DNA of 18,129 nucleotides from positions 1-18,129 of the forward strand of contig VJWM01000403.1 in the NCBI GenBank assembly GCA_010909165.1, read 5' to 3'. The position numbers were made by a program, and so were the translations under genes. The stretch's first letter is position 1. The number at the start of each line of letters is the position of its first letter. This document shows positions 9,975 through 18,129 of this stretch, in pieces. The notes under the pieces were generated by a model that was not told the DNA's origin, made no database searches, and was given only the letters and a program-made list of their open reading frames with translations. The stretch comes from Anthoceros angustus (lineage: Eukaryota > Plantae > Anthocerotophyta).

Positions 9975-11062
9975 GGATAATCGCTCTCAAGGTATTGAAG
10001 ACAAGCCCAACATCTCGCAGCAATGCTCGAGTATAGGGCGCGACACGGGCTTCAACTGACAGCACCGCCAGCAAGAGTGAAGACATAACCTGATGTCGAC
10101 TTTCTAGAGTCCGGATCACCAGCCCAATCTGAGTCTGTCCATCCTAGAAGCTTGTCTTCTCACCACGTATAAGTGATGCACGATGTCTTTGTCTTTTGAA
10201 GATATCGAAGGATGCGCTTCGACCACCCAATGTGGCTTCGGAGGCTTGACGGCGGTGTGATTACATGCACAAGCAACATCAAGTCCGTATTACGAACCAA
10301 GTGTTGTATCTGCCTACAATGCCTTTATAGGGTATATCCTTCATTTCTTCTATCTGCAGGTGCTTGGGCACATAGAGAACGTAGCCATAGGGGTGTCAAT
10401 AGGTTTACAATTTTGCATCGATACTTTTCTAGCATGTCTATAATGTACCTCTCTTGATGAAGACTAATGCTATTTGCGTTAATGATAACTGCACTAAGTA
10501 GAAACTTGATGACCCCATTGTCACCATCGAAACTCCTTCTTGAGTTCACTTTTGATCAAGTTGAGAAAGCCAAGGTCATTGGAACAAAGAACAAGGTCGT
10601 CAACATAAAGACCCAATATAAGGTACGAGTTACCTTGTCTTCTTATGAAGACACTTGAATGCACATAGGACTTGATGAAGCCACAGCTGGAGAAAGATTT
10701 GCAATCTCTCATACCGACGAGGCGATTGTTTTAATCCATTATAGGTCTTGTGGAGTTCTGACTTTGTGGGCTTCACCATATTTGATATAGCCCTCCGGTT
10801 GTTGTAGATAGATTTCTTCTCGAAGGGCGCCATTCGGAAGGCCGTTTGTACATCCATTTGATGTACATGAAGGTTGTGGATGGCGAGAGAGCAAGCATGA
10901 TCAAAGGGAGGTAAGCTTCACAAGCTGATTGGGAGCTTTCCTTTTGATAATCTAAGCCATCCTTTTGGGTAAAACTGTGCAACAAGTCTAGCTTTGTACT
11001 TGGAAAGACTTCCATCGATTATATTTCTTCTTTAATATCCATTTGCTTGTCACGATACTTAC
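9975..11062 (-). pseudogene. pol: Copia-3 RT and internally deleted RNase H, unit B
   Basis: Same motifs as unit A, with LILGLYVDDLVLCSNDLGFLNLIKSEL (ORF 10521..10712) and DPDSRKSTSGYVFTLAGGAVS joined directly to KPVSRPILEHCCEMLGL near 10052. Confidence 0.95.
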
Positions 11063-11136
11063 GCGAGGAGGCCTTTGAGTGGCGAGCCTCTATGGATCGA
11101 GAGTTCAACTCTCTTATTGCTAATAAAACTTGGACT
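11057..11136 (+). pseudogene. pol: Plus-strand fragment of the Copia RT N-terminal region
   Basis: TY-(frameshift)-EEAFEWRASMDREFNSLIANKTWT (in frame 11065-11136) matches the Copia TYxEA..W..AM..E..SL..N.TW motif. Confidence 0.85.
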
Positions 11137-11147
11137 CGTGAGCGGAT

Positions 11148-11296
11148 ATAGCAAACATGTTGAATGTACCCACAGGCGACATGTTGAATGTACCCTGTAC
11201 CCCTCATGCAACATGCCACGCCGTCTGCAGGGGACTGTTCCATTTCATTCTCCGGAAGTGGTGGCCAAGTGGATAGCAAACATGTTGAATATGCCC
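11148..11296. repeat. Short dispersed direct repeats at an element junction
   Basis: ATAGCAAACATGTTGAAT occurs at 11148-11165 and 11273-11290, and ACATGTTGAATGTACCC occurs at 11155-11171 and 11179-11195. Confidence 0.9.
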
Positions 11297-12220
11297 TTGT
11301 ACACAATGGCCGGCCGCGCCCCTTGCTTTCATGTCGATAATGTGTGAAGGATCACAAATGAAACCTACACGATAAACGAAATTTTGTTCCCCACAAATAT
11401 GTATGATGGATTGAACCTGTCCGGGAGATTGCATAACCCTTCCATAGTGGCGTTGGATTCGTAGATGTCTAATAACGGTATTTCTCGACCGGCAAACATG
11501 GTGTGCATTGTGAGTCTTGTTTTGACTGAAACAAACAGGTCTGGGAATAGGGACACCCTTCGGCAGCCAAATGTACCACGGAAAAGTGGTATGATCTAGG
11601 AGCCAGACCCTTTTTTTCCCTTTAGTTTCCACACAATAGCTGAAACCGCTGCTTTTAGACCCATCAACAACCCTTGACTTATTAAAAAAAACCCCATCGA
11701 GGATATTCCCCCTTCAAAATTTCGTGTTAAATGCATATGGCGGTTTGTGCTGGTTTTTGAGCTCTTCATATAGGTGCTCATTTTGCACGCAATGAATGGA
11801 AAAAGTTTGGAGGAAGATCACCTAGAAAGCGTAGGAAGGTTCATCTTGAATTCAACTTCCTTGACCATACGTATGGTGGGGATGTATGGTATGAACAAAG
11901 TAGTCTGCAGACAATTATGGAATGAGACAAGGCCCGAGGAGTGCTTATGACATCCCTCCAAATGGCGAGCTTGGAATTGTGTCTTGACAATGCCATTGGC
12001 AAGGATATAGTTGTAGCCAATGATGTTTCTGTATCAAAGCCGTTGGAATTTAAATGTGAAATTTGCAATGGCGTGGGATGATTGTTGCATGGTGCGGTAC
12101 ACATTGCGAGCTTGGTCGTGGGCACATGTTCATTTTGGAGCTCAGTGATAGATTGTGACTTTGCGAGCATAGGGTATGATACTTCAAGCTCGGAGGTGAA
12201 ATCCGAGTTCATAATTGCTT
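11200..12220 (+). mobile_element. Probable Mutator-like (MULE) transposase relic with a SWIM-type Zn finger
   Basis: These motifs appear in the order I recall for MULE-SWIM transposases: QGTVPF...VVAKWIANML...PCFHVD (PCFHVD 11321-11338), FPH..ETAA (~11626-11650), W-L-EL..V-HFARNEWKKFG (HF at 11779) and DCDFASIGY (12151-12177, a decayed CxC...CxH). This is pattern recognition across frameshifts with no database confirmation. Confidence 0.45.
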
Positions 12221-12305
12221 TCTTTTGTTGGTTATTGCTTTCTTTTGGGCACATTTGATTTGGATCGTTGGGTTTCTTGGAGTTCTTGCGTATTGTTTGC
12301 TCTGA

Positions 12306-12530
12306 GCATGTTCGCTTCAAGTTGGTTACATGATGCACTTGTACATTGGTTCACTTTTTTCTTGCCATGTGGTTCTCGCATGTTCACGTGGTTAGATGGG
12401 CACTTGTACATGGTTCACTTTTCTTGCCTTGTGATCCCGGCATGTTCCGTGGTTATATGGGCACTTGTACATGGCTCACTCTTGCCTTGAGGTCTGGCAT
12501 GTTCCCATGGTTACATGGGCGCCTGCTGGT
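12306..12530. repeat. Degenerate tandem repeat of about 58-65 bp, about 3.5 units
   Basis: GCACTTGTACA anchors at 12335, 12400 and 12461, with a degenerate fourth start at 12519. Each unit carries TGGTTCAC..CTTGCC..GCATGTTC..TGGTTA. A further partial copy lies at ~12570-12587. Confidence 0.9.
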
Positions 12531-13368
12531 TCCCTTTTAGGTACCATGTGGTCATGACATATTCTTAATTTATATGGGCACTTATACCTTCTTTGGAATA
12601 GCTCAAGGAAAGATGCAAGAGATAGGCTATCGTTCTTGTTGGAAAAGGCGATAATAGTAAAACCAAAGTGAGAGCCAGAGCGCAAGTTTCTAGTGTGCTG
12701 TCCCTAGTTTGGTAGAAGGCCGAATGGCTAACAAACCAGCTAAAAAAGAGTGTTTAGAGTTGTGGAATGGGGTTTTGCATCCGAAGATGCAAAGAGGCCA
12801 CATTTACCCTCTATGTCGTTATAGTCCTAGGATTCGATCCCAAGGGAATGGTTTGTGTCAAGATGTTCTAAAACTATGGGTCCTAGCTCGACCACAACCG
12901 ATCCTTACCCTACCAGAACCAGCTACCATACCTGAACCCACCACCGTGGAAGGCTCGGCCACCGCGTGGGGGGGTTCGACCAAGTGGTGATTCAACGTGG
13001 TGGGCCCCACCACGATCGCTTGGCGATGTCTTGTGTTGTTTGTGTTGGTCACCAGTCCTCTGGCGTGGTCTCAAGGTTATGATTTCACGCAGCACACACA
13101 CTAAGGTCGCACCTACTCTAATTCACTCACAAGGGAGACCGCGCTCAGAACGTTCCAGGGATTAGGCACCATGACCATGAACACCACAAGGCCTTACTCC
13201 GGCGTCGACCCTTACCGATCTCATCGCTCACTTCTCCCCTTTCTAACATTCCCCGTTTCCTCAAAACGTACCCGCATACTCCCTACGGTGGCACACTTCT
13301 CTCCTTTCCCCTTTTTTTCCAAGAACCTCCCACTCTACCACACATGAATACTCCCTCTCGCTCCCTTT

Positions 13369-13520
13369 CTCAAGCCACACAGACCTCATACACCACCGCG
13401 CACAAGATTTTCCCACAGATCCTCCTCTCTCAGGCCACACAGACCTCTCTTGGGCCACACACACCCCTCCTTGGGCCACGGACCCCCCACGGCCTCCACA
13501 GACCCACGGACCCCTCCTCG
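13369..13520. repeat. Low-complexity C-rich short direct repeats
   Basis: CTCA(A/G)GCCACACAGACCTC at 13369-13387 and 13429-13447, then CTTGGGCCAC at 13449 and 13470, and CCACGGACCCC twice. Confidence 0.7.
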
Positions 13521-13868
13521 GAATTAGACACAATCTGGTTAGGTGGGTTGGGGAAAGGGAAAAAGCTAGTCCCGGTTCCGATTCGCATACCCGATCTCAC
13601 CCGGTCCCCTCAGAATTTCCCTCTCTGGCATGCGTTGAGCACCCTTCACCACTAGTCACCCAGGGCGGAGATTGGTCACTCGGCTCTCGACCATTGTGGA
13701 TCTTCCGGTCTTCTTGTGATGAGAAAAGCGATGTGCCGAACCCGTTCGATCGACCGGGCGTCTCCAATCAACCCAGGATTTGATACACGGAAGTTCACAC
13801 ACGAAGTAAATGCAGAGAGACACTCAAAGGGTCTCTTATACATCCGTGGCCAGCTCACTTTCCCAAAG

Positions 13869-13919
13869 GTCTAAAGATGGCTAACCTACCTCCAGGTGTC
13901 TAAAGATGGCTAACTTACC
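13869..13919. repeat. 22-bp direct repeat, two copies with a 29-bp period
   Basis: GTCTAAAGATGGCTAAC(C/T)TACC at 13869-13890 and 13898-13919. Confidence 0.9.
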
Positions 13920-14758
13920 ACGGCGCGCCTACCAATTCGGTATCTCTGATTCACAAGCTTCCTAGCACCTTATCCTCTAATCCAGTGAAAGCCTCGACCT
14001 ATGATGCGCTCCCTCTAAAATCCCACGCCGCCTCTGCGTGGCCGCCTAGCCCTGGCCCATGGGTGTTCCTCGCTCTCCTACTCCGATCCGAAAGATCCTC
14101 CTTAATAAACGTCTCAAAGATAGGGGTTATTCTCCATTAAAGGGGTTTGGGTCCCTAAAGACCAAAAATGACCCCAAAGCGCCAAATGTATTTCAAAAAC
14201 CTGTTTAAAGATAGATATTGACCATGTTATTTTCTCGTGAATACTTACACTAACGGGGTTTAAGCAAGAAGGTTGATTTCACCTTCACAAGGAAGGGATT
14301 TCAAGGATTTTAACGGTGCTAGAATCCTAAACACCTCTTTGCGGTGATAGTACTTCCTAGGGTGGTGATGATAAACCAAACAAAACTAGTCCAAAAATAG
14401 CTGCCGGACGTCCCCAACAACAAAAGTAGCAATTACATAAGCCGAAAAAAACAGCTGCCGGGCGCATTGTGAAGAACGATAGATAGCGATCATGGCCATC
14501 TTGAGAGGACCAAACTACGACTCTAGAAAGTAGTGCTGGGCGTTTGATGCTGCGTACACAACCACAGGATCTCCATTGTTAGAGTGAAAACATAGGAAGG
14601 AATTGGAGCAATGCGCCGGACGTTGATTTGATGGCGAGTCTCTAAAACTGCGGACGTCCAGCGCCGAGACCCCAATCTTGCAGGCGTCGAGATGGAAATG
14701 GTGGAGTGGATGACGTCCGCGCAAATGTATATATATTTTTGAACCCCATTAGTAGTAT

Positions 14759-15152
14759 CCTTGGGATTGGTGTTGGTAGGCTCGATGGCTTAGGAACCCT
14801 TGGGATTGGTGTTGGTCGGGCTGGTGGGAACTCCAAGATTAAGCACCCTTGGATGATGCCGGATGGTTATGGACCTTGGTGCGATAGAAATTTCATAGCT
14901 ATGCACCTTTGGGTTGGATTAGTCGAGGCTCGATGGCTTAGGAACTCCAAGATTAAGCACCCTTGGGGATCGATGCCGGATGGTGCTCGACCTTGCGATA
15001 GAAATTTCATAGCTATGCTTTGGGTTGGATTAACGAGGCTCGATGGCTTAGGAACTCCAAGATTAAGCACCCTTGGGCGGATGATGCCGGATGGGGTGCT
15101 TTCGAAGGTCGATAGAAATTTCATAGCTATGCACCTTTGGGTTGGATTAACG
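14759..15152. repeat. Tandem repeat of about 110-114 bp, about three units, preceded by a short 39-bp-period repeat
   Basis: GGAACTCCAAGATTAAGCACCCTTGG anchors at 14827, 14941 and 15051. CCTTGGGATTGGTGTTGGT occurs at 14759 and 14798. Confidence 0.95.
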
Positions 15153-16872
15153 GATGGTTTGGTTTTTGGCGCTTTGAAAACTTTGTAACAACTCCTTTGT
15201 TAAGCAACCTAGGCGTATCAATACTAGGATGGAGTGTTGATTTTTAGTGGTTTGAAAATTTGTAAATCATCCGGTATCTAGGCGTAAAGTCATGAATATT
15301 ATTTTTGAAAATCATTTGTTGGTTGATGTTATATTCCCACATTGCTTTGTATACAACATGTTAAACCTTTTGGCCTTACTCTATGTGCCTTTCGATGACT
15401 TGCATTTGGATCTCTTTGATTGGTGCGCCAAATGTCCGCTCATTCGAGTTTGATGCGTATAGATGCATAGGCCTTGGTTTCTAGATGAGCTACATTTTCC
15501 AAAATTCGACATGTATGATGGTGGTTTCTAATGGCCAACCTTTTGAAGGCGACAATGTTTCACAATGTTTTGGAGAAGCAAGAAAATAAATAGAATAGAT
15601 GATTTGTCCTTGAGTAATGAAAGCACATCGGATGCGATCGAACACAAGTATGAGAGCATCTGCACGGCCCTGCGAGCCCTAGTGAGGCAGATGTCGAAGA
15701 AAGAGGTCAGTGGGGGTTTTGACCAAATGGCTGAGTATTTTAGTGAGGCTCGAAGGAGGACACTATACCCGTGCGCCCACTACGGTGTGGCCTGACTAGG
15801 TGTTCAAGGCAGACTATAGCCAAGCTTCGCCGGAGATTTTGAATTTAAGATCGACTTGCTCCATGTGCCACCCATGGATAGATTAAGGTTGAAAGCGATG
15901 CGGACTTGACAAGAAGAAATGTAAGCTCGAAGAGTTTGATCAAGAGCGGTTGAGGCCTCACCATCCTTTACCTTGTCCAATTCCCATGGCCTAATCTGCG
16001 AGATCTAAGTGCGGCTTATCTCAAACGGAGGGGCCGGTCAGGCGGTATGCACGTGCAGGATTGCTGAATCACGGGGTTTGAAAAGAGAATTGATGTGAGT
16101 GTTGGTGCGGTGGCAAGTGTGCACAAGCAACAGGCGAAAGTGCTTGCCTACACAAGTATTGGCGCAACCCTCTCCAAACCCGGTGTATTGCACCTCTTTG
16201 TTGGAGTATAAGTCGCCGGACGTTGGCGTGCACTCCAGCTCTTTGGAGCATAAGTCGATCATCCGGCCACTTGGTACAAAGGTGTGTCCGGCATTTGTCG
16301 GACGGTGGGCATTAGGTCTTCTTTGGGCTCGGATGCATGGGGTGGGTTCGCAAATCACTAAAAGCAGTGAAATGAGACATGTGCATTTACGGATGGTTGG
16401 GGCCAAAATGGGGTTGGAGACAAACCCTATCTTTGAAACATTGTTAATATCTCCACCTCACTCCCGCTATCCAGGTCCCTTCACTCCTCCTAGGCGCCGT
16501 CCGCTCACTGCGCACGTTTCTCGCTCCTCATCAGCTGGAGACATGCGTCGTTCCTCGTCCACTCTAGCCTCCTTGCTCATTTCCTCGAGCACAACTGTGA
16601 AGGGTATGCCGGCTCACATGGACAATCTTGGGTGATGCTCAGGGAGTTGCATCCTCCTCTGGCGCTCACGGTGGCTTCCCAGGTCCTTCTTCATGACGAT
16701 GGTGGCTCCACCACCTGGTGGGCCGCTAGCAGTGGGTATTTGACCCTGCGGTGGCTCTACCTTCTTGATTGCCTCTCTCTTGACCCGGCCCTAGCCTCCT
16801 CTCTCCTTATACCTCTCCGCTAGCTTCCCGAACTTCCGGAGGTGCAGCGTCTCCACTTGTTCCCCGGGCCCC

Positions 16873-17099
16873 TGTTGGAATGAAGGATCCCCACCTTATA
16901 TAGACAATTTTATCCCTAAAATCCCAAGGTCTAAGGACTCTCGGCACATCATACAGTTCAAGGTCCAAGGACTAATTATTTGTAAAAGTAATATTGTCAT
17001 GGGCCAAGGACCACTTTTAGTATAAAAGGCCTTGCCTCGGACATTTCCTAAGCACCCCATCACACAACATAAGAAAAACAAAAAACATTCAAACCAACA
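16873..17099 (-). repeat. 3' LTR (227 bp) of the minus-strand Copia-4
   Basis: Perfect 6-bp terminal inverted repeats TGTTGG (16873-16878) and CCAACA (17094-17099), located just past the RNase H C-terminus, AT-rich, with minus-strand CTATATAAG near 16905-16897. Confidence 0.72.
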
Positions 17100-18129
17100 T
17101 CCGGGAGGTTAGTGTACATGTGGTCTTCCACAAGAGTGCAATTGCTTAGGTAAAGCCTTGGTGAGAAGGTTAGCAATGTTCTCACCAGGAACATACTCCA
17201 CTTGTACCTTGTCCTTATCATTGATAGACCTTGTCCATGTCAACCTCAAAACCTTTAGGTTGAGACATATAGATTTCTTCATCTAGGGTTCCATTTAAGA
17301 AAGTTGTTTTGACATCATGTACTAACAAACCAAATTGAGCTACTATGGCTAAAAGATCCTAATTGAGGTAGACTTGACTAATGTGGAAAAGGTCTAATTA
17401 TAATCTAGACCAGCTACTTGATGATCCCTTAGCAACAAGCCTAGCCTGATTGACCTACTTGCCATCGATTAAGCTTCTTCTTACATACCCACGTGCAAGC
17501 AACTGGCTTGCGACCTTTGGGTAACTCAACCAACTTCCAAGTCTGGTTGGCAATGAGGGAATCATATTCCGAATTGATAGCCTATTTCCAATATTCCGCT
17601 TCAGGTCCTGTGATGGCCTCTTGATATGTGACAGGTTTAGATGTATCAAAAGACACACGATGTGAGAAAACTACTCCAGCAACAAATGGCAAGAGTTCCA
17701 CAGGCATTGCCACACACCCAAAGCAAAGCAATTTCCAGCAACCATTCACAAGAGCAACTCGTTTAGGCACTTGCGGTGAGCAAGTCCTCCACCAAAACAC
17801 TCAGACCATGACTTCCTCTCTGCAGACTGCGTTGGCTCTCACGGTACGCGAAATTCCTCTGTAATGGCAAAGGACTCGTGAGTATGGGCGCGTGATACTT
17901 TACTTTGTGAAATCCTCCTCCTCTTATAGGAGGCCTTCCACATACAACCTCCCTTAGGTGACCCCTCCGGGTCACCTTTTCCAATTTTCTATTATTTCCT
18001 ACACACATTTAATGTGGCACCTAAGTCTATTATGGATCCTTGGTAAATTCTATTCTAGTAACTTCACCTAAGATCATCCTTAAAGGATGTCGACCTACAC
18101 CCTTATCCTTCCTATTTTTACTAACATTT
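17100..18129 (-). pseudogene. pol: Copia-4 pol relic: integrase C-terminus, linker, RT N-terminal half and RNase H C-terminus; continues beyond the window
   Basis: KPVTYQEAITGPEAEYWK (ORF 17582..17800), VACTWVCKKK, ARLVAKG, DVKTTFLNGTLDEEIYMSQPKGFEVDMDKV (~17325-17228), then VQVEYVPGENIANLLTKALP (~17208-17146). Confidence 0.92.

Larger units (their letters stand above)
7466..11066. repeat. Head-to-tail tandem duplication, two units of about 1.8 kb (7466-9265 and 9266-11066)
   Basis: The units are colinear along their full length. For example, 7638-7757 is identical to 9437-9556 (120 bp, offset 1799). YVDD lies at 8812-8823 and 10596-10607, and both units end in TTGTCACGATACTTACGCG. Confidence 0.97.

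Noticed and set aside
11204-11632. Copia protease (VWLLD) on the minus strand
   Set aside because: It lacks the DSG(A) continuation and downstream protease motifs. The plus strand gives a more coherent MULE-like motif series.
12055-12081. CEICNGVG as a gag zinc knuckle
   Set aside because: A stop codon falls where His is expected, there is no second correctly spaced Cys, and there is no gag context.
14490-14560. ILRG..NY / DSRK as another Copia RT-RNase H fragment
   Set aside because: Only a few residues match, the spacing is wrong, and there are no flanking motifs.
14759-15152. 112-bp array as a CRISPR-like locus, or ORF 14706..15188 (160 aa) as a repeat protein
   Set aside because: The variable part is only 13-16 nt and self-similar. 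Unit lengths (114 and 110) make the reading frame shift between units, so the ORF is a by-product of the repeat.
15565-15795. 76-aa ATG-initiated ORF as a host gene or exon
   Set aside because: It is short, has no recognisable domain, and I could not support any splice or promoter context.
16160-16215. KEVQYTGF as a Gypsy RT motif (KC.F...V.YLG)
   Set aside because: There is no upstream YxDD and no downstream RT/RH motif in any frame.
17957-17982. GGTGACCC-CTCC-GGGTCACC hairpin plus T-run as an intrinsic terminator
   Set aside because: It lies within Copia integrase-derived sequence in a eukaryotic context, so it is probably a chance hairpin.

Overview
This is eukaryotic repetitive DNA, a nested cluster of degenerate transposable elements. 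It is most likely from a plant; a non-seed plant such as a bryophyte, lycophyte or fern is my inference from TE motif style and is unproven. I see no intact host gene, RNA gene or CRISPR array, and no intact TE ORF, because every coding relic is broken by frameshifts or stops. From left to right: (1) the 3' half of a non-chromovirus Ty3/Gypsy element on + (RNase H and integrase to 1498, PPT, probable 3' LTR from 2068); (2) a nearly complete Ty1/Copia internal region on - (gag-PR-INT-RT-RH, ~6750 to ~2510); (3) a Copia integrase/linker relic on + (~6810-7574); (4) a ~1.8-kb head-to-tail duplication (7466-11066), each unit holding an LTR-like block with a 25-bp minisatellite plus a minus-strand Copia RT and an internally deleted RNase H; (5) a short + strand Copia RT N-terminus (11057-11136) and templated filler DNA; (6) a probable MULE/SWIM transposase relic on + (~11200-12220) followed by ~61-bp repeats; (7) ~4 kb with no recognisable coding homology that includes a ~112-bp tandem array; (8) the 3' end of another minus-strand Copia (227-bp LTR, and RT fused to the RNase H end by a deletion). 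Most ORFs in the supplied track are antisense or out-of-frame shadows of these relics. I found no support for a new biological system. The observations worth following up are structural rearrangements, unexplained repeats, and the possibility that part of the apparent decay is long-read error.
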